Below, piece by piece: positions 45,031-57,100 of a stretch of 64,000 nt of DNA (its first letter is position 1; every line of letters begins with the position of its first letter). A model generated the notes under the pieces. That model was not told where the DNA came from. It was given only the letters and a program-made list of their open reading frames with translations, and did no database searches. Origin of the DNA: an uncultured Bacteroidales bacterium (lineage in GTDB: Bacteria > Bacteroidota > Bacteroidia > Bacteroidales > GCA-2748055); contig CAVQAB010000002.1 in NCBI GenBank assembly GCA_963710385.1, forward strand, positions 11,880 through 75,879. The letters are read 5' to 3'. The translations under genes and the position numbers were made by a program.

Positions 45031-48000
45031 ATGAAAAAGGTTTTTTTATTTGGGATGTTGATTACTGTGGTGGTTGAAATTTACGCTCAGGAACGCATAC
45101 TTTCCACCCAGTCAGTCCAGCAAAGAAGGCAGGTGATAAGTATACTGCCGCCCGAGAAGGATAAAGAGTTCGCAGAAGCTTTCGCCCGTCGGAATAATCT
45201 TCCGGTAAGAATGAATTACAAGAATGGCACCGTTCTTGAAATCAGGAGAATTACAGAAAACGGTCTTCCACTCTATTATAAAACTCTATAATTTAAACGC
45301 AGCTAAGACACTGTCTACCAATGAAGTATGGGGTGGAGGTGCGCTTGGGTTGGACCTTTCAGGCGCCGGTATTGTTGTGGGTGTATGGGATGGTGGGGGA
45401 ATTCTTACTACACACAAGGAATTCGAAGGTAGGGCCAGGATGATCGATGGGGATAATGATCCTGACAGTCATGCGACACATGTGGCTGGAACCATTGGAG
45501 CAGCCGGTAATGAAACCAGTGCAAGAGGCATGGCAAATAAGAGCACCCTTGAAGGATATAATTGGGATAACGATAATGCAGAGATGAGCATTGCGGCACA
45601 ACAGGGATTGCTTATTTCGAACCACTCCTATGGGTATGCTCAGGGCTGGGAATACAATTATGACAAAGATCGTTGGGAATGGTGGGGAGATGAGAGCGTG
45701 AGCGAAACTGAGGACTATAAATTTGGATTCTATGGGGAAGATGCGAGGGCATGGGATGATATTGCCTATAGTAATCCCCGATATCTGATCGTTAACTCTG
45801 CCGGCAATGACAGAGGAGATGGACCTGCACAGGGAGCCAATCACTTCGTATTTTCAAACAACTCCTGGTCACCCAGTACAACCGTCAGGGATCTGGACGG
45901 AGGGATTGGTGGTTTTGATTGTCTCGGAAGCCAATCTACAGCAAAAAATATACTCACTGTTGGAGCAGTTGATGATATTCCCGGGGGTTATACAAACAAT
46001 AGTGACGTAGATTTGGCTTCTTTTTCAGCGTTTGGTCCCACAGATGATGGCAGAATTAAACCTGATATTGTGGGGAACGGGATCAATCTCTACTCAACGA
46101 ATTCAGAAAATGACACCAGCTACATTTACAATTCAGGTACATCCATGTCAAGTCCCAATATAGCAGGATCACTGGCTTTGTTGCAAGAGCACTATCGCAA
46201 AATAAAAGGAAGGTTCATGTACGCTTCATCTCTTAAGGCTATTGTAATACACACTGCAGATGAAGCAGGAAACCCGGGGCCGGATTATAAATATGGATGG
46301 GGGCTCATGAATACGGCAAAGGCAGCCAGATTGATTTCAGAGGCCGAAGGTGATGGTATCGAATACGATACACTATCAAACAATGAGTTAATAAAATCCT
46401 CTCTGTTCAGTACAGGTGAGGAATCCATTAAAGTGACCATAGTTTGGGCGGACCCTCCAGGGGAATCCTCCGAAGCACAGCTGGATCCAACCAGCAGGAA
46501 ACTAGTAAATGATCTGGATATCAGGTTAACAAGACTGATTGATGGAATGGAGTTCAAACCATATATTTTGAATCCTGTAAATCCCAATAAACCAGCCGAG
46601 TCAGGAGACAACCAGCGTGATAATGTGGAACAGATATACATAAATTCTCCTGTGAAGGGTTTCTATGAAATATCGATTTCACATAAAGCATCGCTTACAG
46701 GAAATGAACAACCGTATTGCATCATCGTATCCGGATTAAGTAAGGACTTTATAGCCAGTGGATTCATCGAGAAAACAGAAAATAATGGGGATATCATTCT
46801 CTCTTCGGCCGATATATATATTAATGACATGGAGGTTGAATGGCTCATCAATCCTGAGAATGAACAGCCGGTGTCGCTTTCTTTTGATTTTTTTGATACG
46901 GAACTGGATAATGATGTTTTATCGGTATATGACGGGGATAGTGATTTGGCTCCACTTATCGGCAGGTTCAGTGGATCTTTACCTGATTCAGATACCCTGA
47001 TACGTTCCACAGGTGGGGAATTGTTTATTACATTCAAGTCGAATGAGAGTGTTAACCGGCATGGGATTTCTCGGTAAATACTGTACGGTTGCACCGGAGG
47101 GTAACTATTCTATAATTGGTGAATCCTTTCCCTGTGAATTGTCAGTAGAGACCTTTTTTGCCATTGGACAGGAAGGTGCAAGTTATAGCTGGGCATCGGA
47201 CCAGGCATGGCAATGGACAGGAAAATCAGCCAACGGAATCGACCTGCAGATAGGTGAAATACAGGATAAGCTCCGAATGACCCCAATGAACAGGTGCGGC
47301 AATGGAGTTGAATCGACATTGGATATCATTCCACTTCAAAGTGTACCTGAACTCAACACATTTGAGGGTGATATCATGCCCTGTGCGCATCTCCCCACCA
47401 TGTTAACTGTAAATGAACATCCGGGTGTAAGCTATGAATGGGAGCTGCCTACCGATTGGCTTGGCAACAGCGAATCGGAAACATTAAATTATATACCTTC
47501 GAACACTGAAGGTGATATTATAGTAACTGCGCGCAATGCGTGTGGTGTGAGCAATCCGTTATTAATAGAACTTTCCGTGCTGGATATCCCTGATTTTGAA
47601 AGTATTCAAACGGAACAAGTCCCTCCCTGTGAATTCAGTATTCAAGAGTTCTTTGTGGATTCCAGACCGGGATATAACTACTACTGGGAGGCTCAGAATG
47701 ACTGGGAGATTCTTGGGGACACCCTATCAGATACAATTCTTGTGAGTGTAGGTGCATCAACGAATTTCCTATTTGTTACTGCCGAAAACAAATGTGGATC
47801 AAGGACTTCTAACAGGCTATTTTTAACAGCTTCTACACCGCCAGAACCATTGTTGAAGGAATCACGGACCTCCTATGGCTATCCCGAGTTAGAAGTCTCC
47901 AATTCTTCCGATTATTCACTGGTACGCTGGTATCTGAATGGTATTCCCTTGCAGGGTGATGCAAGCTTAAATAGAAGCCTTGTTGCAAACAGGAATGGAA

Positions 48001-48296
48001 CATATTCGGTGGAAGGTATTAATAACGAGGGCTGCAGTAAGCTGTCGGATAGAAGTATTCAAATTGATAACAGGAAATTTGACTTCCTGGCTTACAGGAT
48101 CAATGAAACCGCTGTGGTTGTAGAAAATTCCACATCTGCAGCAGCTGTAATCAATATTGTTTCCTTATCGGGAAAGGTCGCCTACGCTGGAGAGCTGAGT
48201 CCAGGATACAATGAAATCGGCTTTTCTGCGACTGGATTGTATATGATACAGATCAATCAGAATGGTGTAAGAAGCTCATTGAAAACGCTTTTCTAA
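45031..48296 (+). pseudogene. Subtilisin-like S8 serine protease with a CUB-like domain and a T9SS C-terminal sorting domain, 2 frameshifts near 45285 and 47050
   Basis: Signal peptide present. The catalytic triad motifs are 'GVWDGG', 'HATHVAGT' and 'GTSMSSP'. The CUB-like segment is 'FDFFDTELDNDVLSVYDGDSDLAPLIGRFSG...ELFITFKSNESV'. The C-terminal beta-sandwich tail is 'GLYMIQINQNGVRSSLKTLF'. Confidence 0.85.
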
Positions 48297-48334
48297 GCTA
48301 ATCTACCAGGGTGTCGTAATATTCAATCCTCAGT

Positions 48335-49138
48335 TCAACGCAACTCCATGGTTAAATATGTCTCATCAATGACCCCGGCCTCTCCTGATACGCGCAGGTT
48401 CAGGCTTGAAATACTCTTGAAACACTTTGAAAAGGAGGCATCCTGCAGTGATTCGATATAGAAATCACCAAATTCTTCATCTGTGAATTGATATTGAGAT
48501 GGCACATGACACATTATATTTGTAGTATCCGATGAATCAAAAACAATTTTAAACTCTCCTGACCAATAATCAGATACAATGATTGTATCACCTCCATTCG
48601 GATTGGCAATTGTCGTTAATTCATAATCGGGATAGCGTCCGTCATATATGGAAGTTTCACTGGCAGTCCATTTTCCAACCAGCTCTTCGATATCATAATT
48701 GCATATTAACTGATTCATGTAAATGGTGTAAGCCGAATCGAAAATAGAAACCACATCTCCGGTAAGACCAACGATCAACGTGTCTTTTCTGCCAACCAGA
48801 TTATCATAACTTCCAATCAGGGAAAATTTTGCGGTCAATTCCCCAGCCGGTATAGTTACTGAGGAGGGCAAATAATACTGGTCTCCATGAATCCCTGTGG
48901 AATAAAGGATCTCAAGCCCGGCAGTTATCTCAGTTGACTGGACAATTGGTATTCCCACGTGGATATCATAGGGACTATTGTTATCATCAACTTGATATTT
49001 GCCGGAAGTTCCCTCGATAAAACTGATAAAAAGCGGTCCGTCGTAAATGACTGGTTCAACTTCCCCACAGCTGTTTATAATGATCACTGATAACAATATC
49101 CAGAATATATTTATAGTTCTCTTCATGATCAATTGCAT
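48335..49138 (-). CDS. Lipoprotein encoded downstream of SusD (accessory surface protein of the locus, function unknown)
   Basis: Lipobox 'IIINSC'. It is immediately 3' of the SusD-like gene. I cannot name a confident family. Confidence 0.55.
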   Translation of the reverse strand: MQLIMKRTINIFWILLSVIIINSCGEVEPVIYDGPLFISFIEGTSGKYQVDDNNSPYDIHVGIPIVQSTEITAGLEILYSTGIHGDQYYLPSSVTIPAGELTAKFSLIGSYDNLVGRKDTLIVGLTGDVVSIFDSAYTIYMNQLICNYDIEELVGKWTASETSIYDGRYPDYELTTIANPNGGDTIIVSDYWSGEFKIVFDSSDTTNIMCHVPSQYQFTDEEFGDFYIESLQDASFSKCFKSISSLNLRVSGEAGVIDETYLTMELR

Positions 49139-49145
49139 TTATTCA

Positions 49146-50621
49146 TTAATAGCCAGGATTTGGTGTAATATTCTCATTGGCCTGGATTTCAGATTCCGGA
49201 ATGGGCCAGACCCACCTCAGATTGTCTGGACCAAGTTGCAGTTCACTCTGGCTTGGACCTGGATTTGTAATGGTACCTTCAACAGGGTGGGATACTGGTA
49301 CCCGCTGAAAACCCAATCCCTTCCTTTTCAGATCCCAATAATAGTGTCCTTCAAAACAAAGTTCCCTGATACGTTCTTCCCAGATGGCATCCTTAAGTGC
49401 TTGTCCGGTCAGATTCTCGTTGGTATGGTTAACAATCCTTGCTGATCTAAGGGTATTATAGTCGGTCAGTGCAAGAGAATACTGTTCCAGCTCAGCAAAA
49501 GCCTCTGACCTGATGAGATACATCTCAGAAAGCCTGAAAACTTTGTACATATTGGCATTGGTGGTAATATCGCTCTCATAGAAAAGCGGATTGCCCGGAT
49601 ACTTCCATACCAGGGGCCAGGACCAGCCATGATCAGTAGACTCTGTCTTTAAGGCAATGTCTGCCCTGATATCATCTGAATCGAACAGGTTGATAATCCA
49701 TTCTGCCGGAATATAGTCTGCATTAGGAAGACCCTGCGAATTGTTATAGTAATTGTAACCTATGTAACGACCATCGAAGTCTCTTCTTGTGAGGCCAATC
49801 TTGAAAATGATCTCGTTTCCCAGGTCATTCAGGAAAAGGTCTGCATAGGTTGCCGAATCCCTGGCCAGGCCGTATGCTTGATTATCAATCACTTGGGTGG
49901 CATGGGAGATGGCATCATCATAATTGCCCATATATAGGCTGACCCTGGCCATAAAAGCCTCTGCAGCGCCCGGTGTCAGAAATACACTTGCCGCGTCAGC
50001 ATCACCGTTCCCTGAGAGGAGTCCCAATGCAGTTTCTGCTTCGTCCATGATAAAAGTGTAGACCTCCTCAATGGTATTTCTTTCCGGCTCAGCCACTTCA
50101 AAATGCTCCACAATGGGAACTCCAAGATCTGTTAATGGATTTGATTGGAGATAAGCCTTGGCAAACGCTTTTACCAGATCGAAATGGGCAATGGCCCTCG
50201 CCAGCCTGGCTTCCCCCTCGACCTGATCCAAAGAAGCCTGATCTGCATCGTCGATATCAGCAAGTACATCAATAATATTACTGGCTCTCACAATTACCTT
50301 ATACATGACATCCCAGGCTGCAGTGATCTCCCCGTTATCAGCAAGGAACGACCATTTGTAAAATTCTCCAAGCTGATTGGAATATCCAATCACGGATTGC
50401 AGTTCGTCGGTTAGCACATCTGCATGGACTACAAAATACCGTCCATAATAGGCGGTGGATTTGAACCCGGAATAGACCCCATTCAAAGCTACAATCGCAT
50501 CATCGAAAGACTTTATGGCCTGGTCCGTAATTACAGAATCGGCGGGATTTTTTACAAGAAATTCCTCACAGGAAGTTAATGTGATGCTTGCCAGGGTAAT
50601 ATATAGTAGTACTTTTTTCAT
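49146..50621 (-). CDS. SusD/RagB family nutrient-binding outer-membrane lipoprotein
   Basis: Lipobox 'ITLTSC' and TPR-like helical N-terminal region sequence typical of SusD. It sits directly downstream of the SusC-like gene. Confidence 0.88.
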   Translation of the reverse strand: MKKVLLYITLASITLTSCEEFLVKNPADSVITDQAIKSFDDAIVALNGVYSGFKSTAYYGRYFVVHADVLTDELQSVIGYSNQLGEFYKWSFLADNGEITAAWDVMYKVIVRASNIIDVLADIDDADQASLDQVEGEARLARAIAHFDLVKAFAKAYLQSNPLTDLGVPIVEHFEVAEPERNTIEEVYTFIMDEAETALGLLSGNGDADAASVFLTPGAAEAFMARVSLYMGNYDDAISHATQVIDNQAYGLARDSATYADLFLNDLGNEIIFKIGLTRRDFDGRYIGYNYYNNSQGLPNADYIPAEWIINLFDSDDIRADIALKTESTDHGWSWPLVWKYPGNPLFYESDITTNANMYKVFRLSEMYLIRSEAFAELEQYSLALTDYNTLRSARIVNHTNENLTGQALKDAIWEERIRELCFEGHYYWDLKRKGLGFQRVPVSHPVEGTITNPGPSQSELQLGPDNLRWVWPIPESEIQANENITPNPGY

Positions 50622-50642
50622 TTTACTTTCAGATTTATTGAT

Positions 50643-53559
50643 TTAAAAACCTGCATCTATCCCGATTGTAAAGGTTCTCACATGAGGATATTGTCCCAGT
50701 TCATAAGCGGCATCATACTCTGGATCAAATCCCAGATATTGTGTCCATGTCAGCAGGTTCTGTCCCTGGGCATATACCCGGAATGACCTGAATATCCGTG
50801 TCATTTGAACCCATTTTTGAGGAAGTGTATAAGAAGCAGTCAGATTTTTCAGGCGCATGAAAGATGCATCTTCCAGCAACCTGGTATCAAAATAGTTATT
50901 GAAATCCGCTTTAGGGATATCAGTCACATCTCCCGGTTCCTGCCAGGCATTCAGCATGCTTGTTGACTGGCCGAATGCACCAAAAAGTCCGTTGGATTCT
51001 ATAAAAAACCTCGTATTATTTAGCATATGTCTGCCATATACCCATGAAAAGAAAGCAGAAACTGAAAAACCACGGTAAGAGGCAGTTCCCGTAAAACCAC
51101 CCTGCCAGGGAGCCACCCAGCTTTTATTCACAAATTGTGCATTACTTACCAGGAATTTATTGGTCGGATTTCCTGATTCACCCAACCAGAGTCGCTCTCC
51201 GTTTGCAGCGTTAACTCCAATGATACTCCACCATTTTCCAGGAGCCATATGGTCTTCCCACCGCATGAATCCAATCTGAATCTGGGGTGGGGGGTACCTC
51301 TTCCTTCCCATCATACAACTCAATGATTTCATTGTGGTTGTAAGCCACATTGGCATCTATATTTATTCTGAGATTCCACCGGTTGAGGATCTCCATGTTG
51401 GTGGTGACTTCGATACCTTTGTTTAACATTTTGCCTATATTATCCCAGCCTGCTGAAAAACCTGAGGTATAGGAGTAAGGTACTTCCGATAGCATGTCTG
51501 TGGTCAGTTTATGGTAAACTTCAATAATGAAACCATATTTATTTGCCAGCTGAAAATCAAGTGCCAGGCTGGATAACCTGACCTTTTCCCAAGTAAGTTC
51601 AGGATTTCCCGGGGAGGATGGAGAACTGGCATTCAAGTCATAGTAGGTGCCCCCAAAACCATAAAGTTGCAGATGGTTATAGTTGCCTATGTTATAATTA
51701 CCGGCCGTTCCGATGCTTCCTCTCAGCTTTAGCCTGGAAAGAATCTTCACACCGGATATAAATGGTTCCTTGCGAACATCCCACTGTGCTCCAACTGACC
51801 AGAAATTTGCCCAACGGTTATCTATCCCAAACCTTGAGGAGCCATCCCGGCGGAAACTACCATCCAGAAAATACTTCTTATCGAAATCATAACTTGCATT
51901 TCCAAAGAATGAAAGGACTGTGTATTCCGAGGTATTTCCAGACCAGGAAATTCCAGGTGTGGCTGTAGTAGATAGTACTTTAACAATGTCATTGGGCAGG
52001 GTGTACCCTTCGGTTTCGAAGAATTCGCTTTTAAATCCGATGGATTCTTCTCCTGCGTAGCCACCTATACTGTGTTTACCAAAATTTTGTGAATATGAAA
52101 GAAGGTTCGTGTTAGTCAGTCGAAAACTCCTTTGGAAAAATCTGTAGACCTCGCCACTATTCAGGGCTCCCCAGGCAGATTTTGGATGCAGATACCCATA
52201 ATTCACAAAATCGGAAAAGTCCCCTCCAAGCGTGGATCTGAAAGTCAACCCATCCAGAATCGTGTACTCCCCATATACATTACCAACAATCTTAAGATTG
52301 TCATTTTTCTGGTCATTCAGGTCCAGCTGCTCCAGGGGATTTTCAAACATTAGCCCGTCTTCTGTGGAGGTATAGGATCCATCATCTTTATAGGGTGCCA
52401 CATATGGATTTTCCAGGTAAGCCCTGAATGTCAGATTATAGACGTTGTTAGTCGCCAGTACAGGATTCTGAGCCTGTTCAAACCCGGCAGTTATATAGGT
52501 GCCGAACCTCATCCTGTCCGAGGCCCTGTGGTCAATGTTGATACGGGCAGTATATCTTTTCAAGTCAGACCGGTATTGAATACCATCCTGAGATAAATAT
52601 CCGCCTGTCACATAAAAAGCGGTTCTTTCATTGCCACCCCTGAAGGAGAGCTCATGACTGTTCATAGGAGCATTCCTAAAAAGCTCATTCTTCCAATTTG
52701 TATTGATCTGTCTCAGATCCGGCAGTTCGGGATCATTCTCATCCCTGATTCCAAGAGAAATCTCGTAATCCAGTTTCTGATTAGTATCCATGATATCAAA
52801 CCGGTCCGATGAAATAACCGATCCTCCCAACTTGGTGCGGTAGGTAATTTCAGTCTGCTGATTATTTTTTCCCCGTTTCGTTGTAATAATGATTACCCCA
52901 TTGGCCCCTTTTGATCCGTAAATGGATGTTGCGGAGGCATCCTTCAAAACGCTGATATTCTCTATATCATAGGCATTCAGGGCGGAAAAATCTCCTCCTG
53001 TGATCTGAACTCCGTCCATGATGTAGAGCGGACTGGTACCTGCATTCAGGGAACTGATACCCCTGATCCTCACGGTAGCACTAGCACCTGGAGCGCCGGA
53101 ATTTGTTAGCACTTGCATTCCCGCTACCTGTCCCTGGAGTGCTGCATCAAAACTGGCAACCGGGATCTGACCGATCCGGTCTGAACTTATAGTCGTAACT
53201 GATCCTGTAATGTTGCCCTTCTGCTTGGTTCCATAACCCACTACAACCACTTCATCAAGTTCTTCCCTGCTTTGAACCATAACCAGATCAATTACCTCCT
53301 GAGTGCCTAACTCTATCTCTTCAGTTTGCAAACCAACGAAAGTAAATCTTAAAATGTTGATGGAATCTGGCAGGGTCAGGGAATACCTGCCATCAAAATC
53401 GGTTATTGTCCCGATTGAGGTGCCTGCCGCAATCACACTAACACCAAGTAATGGCATATTATCCTCACCCGATATCACAACTCCGGTGAAGGTTCTATTC
53501 TGGGCGAATAGGCCTGCAAATAACAGCGTAAGGGGAATTATTAATATTAGCTTTTTCAT
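50643..53559 (-). pseudogene. SusC/RagA family TonB-linked outer-membrane transporter, one frameshift near 51222
   Basis: The N-terminal carboxypeptidase-regulatory-like domain contains 'FTGVVISGEDNMPLLGVSVI'. The plug contains 'VVVVGYGT'. The barrel ends in 'IGIDAGF'. ORFs 51211-53559 and 50643-51356 join at '...GSWKMVEY/IGVNAANGE...'. Confidence 0.9.
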
Positions 53560-53805
53560 GCAGCATATAATTTCATTTGCATTGTTCTACAGAGCACTCA
53601 ATGGCGTTAAATGTAAATAATTGTTAGGATATGACAAACTACATCTATTTAAACCTGGGTTTTAGGGTTGAGTGTTTCTAACTTTCTTTCGTCTTCAAAC
53701 CTACATTCCTGTCGTGATCATCATTCTTAACAATAAGAATCGGGAGAAATATATTTTTTAATTCTTTTAATTTTATTTGATTCTTCCAAATTTCAGTTCA
53801 ATTAC

Positions 53806-53813
53806 TATCTTTG
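53806..53813 (+). promoter_or_regulatory. Candidate Bacteroidota -7 promoter box TATCTTTG upstream of repeat copy C and tRNA-Leu(GAG)
   Basis: Exact match to the TAnnTTTG consensus, with a TTTG at 53776-53779 in an AT-rich intergenic region. This is a motif match only. Confidence 0.3.
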
Positions 53814-53898
53814 CGGCAGTTGAGGAATGATAAGGTGATGGAGTAAAATAAATGCTAAGATTAACACGTTTAACTGACGTTCTTGTTAATTTAGAAAA

Positions 53899-54044
53899 GC
53901 CCAGGTGGCAGGGCCGACCGTTAAAGAAAATGTCCTGTGGACATTTTTAGGGAGGAGCCAGCCCAAGGGGGGCCTATTCCGCCACTCATTATATAGTAGG
54001 GTTGCTGAAATGGCACAGAGTTCTTAAAATGATGAATGTTTATT
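53899..54044 (+). repeat. tRNA-Leu-associated structured repeat, copy C, abutting tRNA-Leu(GAG)
   Basis: It starts with GCCCAGGTGGC, which equals nt 1-11 of the following tRNA. The core differs from copy B at 2 of about 51 positions. It contains GGCCTATTCCGCCAC, whose reverse complement includes tRNA nt 7-19. Confidence 0.85.
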
Positions 54045-54130
54045 GCCCAGGTGGCGGAATAGGTAGACGCGCTAGGTTGAGGGCCTAGTGACCGCTTTTG
54101 GTCGTGCAAGTTCGATTCTTGTCCTGGGCA
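54045..54130 (+). tRNA. tRNA-Leu (anticodon GAG), CCA not encoded
   Basis: Manual fold:
- Acceptor stem GCCCAGG/CCTGGGC.
- Anticodon stem CTAGG/CCTAG with loop TTGAGGG; the anticodon is at 54079-54081.
- Long variable arm.
- T-arm GCAAG-TTCGATT-CTTGT. Confidence 0.92.
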
Positions 54131-54183
54131 CAATGCAGCAATTAAGCTGCACACAATAATTTTAAAGCCAGAAGCAAAAGGTC

Positions 54184-57100
54184 CTAATCAATACTGGTGT
54201 CCTTAGGCTTAAATATTAAATCAGTGATCATTTTCAGAAGTATATTTTTCTTTATTGGTTTGGCAATATAGGCGTTACAGCCAGCCTCCAAAGATAGCTC
54301 TTCGTCTCCTTCCATAGCAAAAGCTGTTTGCGCAATAATGGGTACAGTTTTATCTATTTCCCTGATCCTCATGGAAATTTCATAACCGTTCATTCCAGGA
54401 AGTTTTATGTCCATCAGAATGAGATCAAATGCACCCTCTTTAAAATACATCTGCAATGTCTCCTCACTGTTTTTCGCCCAATCAACCGCTGCCCCGGTAG
54501 CCAATAAGTATTGGTAGATTAGTTTGAAATTGATTTCGTCGTCTTCCACTACCAGGATACGTTTTCCTGTCATAATATCCTTAAATTCATTATCTGTGCC
54601 TGATTTCTCGATCAATTTTCCATCATCTGCCTTCTCAAATGGCAGAACAAAATAAAATCTTGAGCCGATGCCTTCTTTTGAATCCACCTGGATCTCTCCG
54701 CCCAAAAGGGTTACAAGGTATCTGGAAAGTGTAAGTCCCAGACCTGTTCCTCCATAGAGTTTCAGCTTATCATCCTCAATTTTTCGAAAGAGGTCAAAAA
54801 TGACCTCCTTTTTATCTTCAGATAGTCCGATCCCGGTATCTTCCACGAAAAACTCAATACCCTCTTTTACTTCTTTGAATCCCAATGTTATCCTGCCTGC
54901 TTCAGTGAATTTAACCGCATTATCCAGTAATTTTGAAAGGACCTGCTTCAACCTTATCACGTCGGTTGTTATTTCAATATCATCACCGGAGGGGACTATT
55001 GCCTTAAGTTCAATCCCTTCTTTTTCAATATTCTTCAGTCTTTTCTGGTACGTCGATTCAAGTCTTAGTATCAATTCATTCAAATTGCACATTCCCTTTT
55101 TGATATTCAATGCATTGGTTTCCAGTTTAGAAATATCCAATATATCATCGATTAATCCCAGTAGTGATTCTGCATTGGTTGATACATTATCTACGAATTC
55201 ATTTCTCGTTTCATCTGTTAATTCTTCTTCTTTGAGTAAACTTGAAAATCCCACAATAGCGTTCATGGGCGTTCTGATCTCGTGCGACATATTTTGCAGA
55301 AAAGACGTTTTGAGTTGCTCCGATAGTTCAGCTTTTGTCTTTGCCTCGATCAAGATCTTTTCAACCTTTCTCCTCTCTTTTATTATTTCCTCTTTGACAA
55401 TGATCTCCTTTGACTTTTCATCCAGATTTTTCAGCAAACGTTCCTGTACCATTTTGTGGTTCCGCTCACGGATCCTTAAGATTGAAAAAAACATGATTCC
55501 AAGAATGACAGCAATCATTCCATAGAACCAGACAGACAGGTATACTGGTTTCTTAATTTTTATCCTAAAAGCTGAATCCTCTTCACTACGGATGTCGTTT
55601 TCGGTGAATGCCCTGATTTTGAATTCATATTCCCCGTGCGAAATCATATCATAAGTGATTCTGCGATTGAAAGTAGGGTCCGACCAGCTTTTATTATAGC
55701 CTTCTAGTTTGGTGGTATAGAATACCGATTCAGGATTGGTAAAACTGATGCCAATATAGTCCACCACAAGTTCGTATTGCCCGGCCTTTAGTAATACGGG
55801 CCCTTGCGTATGATCTATCGTATCTCCATCGATCATAACTGCACTAATTTGCAGCATTGGGGAGATTATTTCCCCTTTTGATTCGGTTGAGGTGTATTGA
55901 ATGAGGCCTTCTGATGTTCCAAACCAGATGTTACCAATGCGGTCTGTGTATACCGCATTTGTATAAAACTCTGCTGAACTTTTTACCCCGTCATGTCCGC
56001 TGAAAGTCTTAACAATATTTGTTTCAGGATCAATCAATGATATCCCGCCTGAATGACTTACAACAGGTTTCCCCTCCTTCGTTAGGGCCAGGCTGTAACA
56101 GAAATCTGATAATAATCCCGATTCCCTGGTGAAGTTTTTTATGGTATCGTCGGTGATCCACCAAACCCCATTTCCCATGGATCCAGCCCAGAGGGTTTCT
56201 TGAGCATCCATTCCGAAAGAAACTATCGAATTAAATGGTCCCATCCCACTGTTTTCCAATACAGCCACTTCATCATTCTTATTGATATAGTGTATCTCTT
56301 TGCACTGGGTTGCGATCAGGACCCTGCCTTCCGGATCAATATACATTTGTTTAATATTGTTATGAGGCAAACCCTCATTTGTGGTAAACCATTTCTTTAA
56401 TCCTGAATTTCTTTTAATCAGGCACAATCCTTTTTTTGTACTGATCCAGATATCTTCCCCTTGTCCTGTAATATGATTCACTGAATTGGCAAGCTCGTCC
56501 CGAGAGATGAAAACAGGATTAAAATTTAAGTTTCCCGCCCTGGCAACATATACTCCTGATTGTTCACATCCTATCCATATGCTTCCATCACCTGAAGTAT
56601 ATATGGTGTTCACCCTGTCACCCATCTGATGTTCCGGGAGCGGATAAGCCTTCACAACCGTGTCACCAAGACGATTTATTTCCAACAGGCGATCACCTGT
56701 TGCAGCCATCAAATTATCATCAAACCCTGCAATGGCATAGTTTTCAAGCGAGTATCCATCCGAATCATAACGGTAGAATTTGAGGTTGCTATCAACATAT
56801 TTCAATAATCCTTCTCCATACATTCCGATCCAGAGATTGCCTTCAAGATCCTCAAACATGGATTTTGCGTTCTCAGATATAAGTCCCCGGTCAGCCGATA
56901 TGCTGGCTATTAATTGATAACCATTCTCCTGGTTTGGCCTGAATTGAGTCAATCCATTTCCCATTGAGTTGACCCACAGGTCACCATTTCTGTCTGTTAA
57001 ACCTCCCTGAAGGTTGTCAAGCATTCCCTTTGGGTTCTCATCAATGGCAGAGAAAAGATATGCTCCAGAGATTCCTTCCGGGCTCAGTTGATATAAACCA

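Noticed and set aside
51281-51294. G-run (GGGGTGGGGGG) as the site of the susC frameshift, suggesting homopolymer-type errors
   Set aside because: Reading both frames shows that the protein continues correctly through the G-run. The frame change is about 70 nt downstream (near 51222), at a non-homopolymer position. The indels are therefore not restricted to homopolymers.
44664-54044. Genomic island bounded by the two tRNA-Leu genes and the direct repeats upstream of them
   Set aside because: The 9.4 kb between them contain no integrase, excisionase, transposase or conjugation gene. The content (S8 protease, SusC/SusD locus) and composition look like the surrounding chromosome. The tRNAs are different isoacceptors rather than a duplicated att site.
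54800-55525. 241-aa Ser-rich ORF on the plus strand
   Set aside because: It lies entirely antisense within the intact 1196-aa hybrid kinase gene and has low-complexity composition. It is a shadow ORF.
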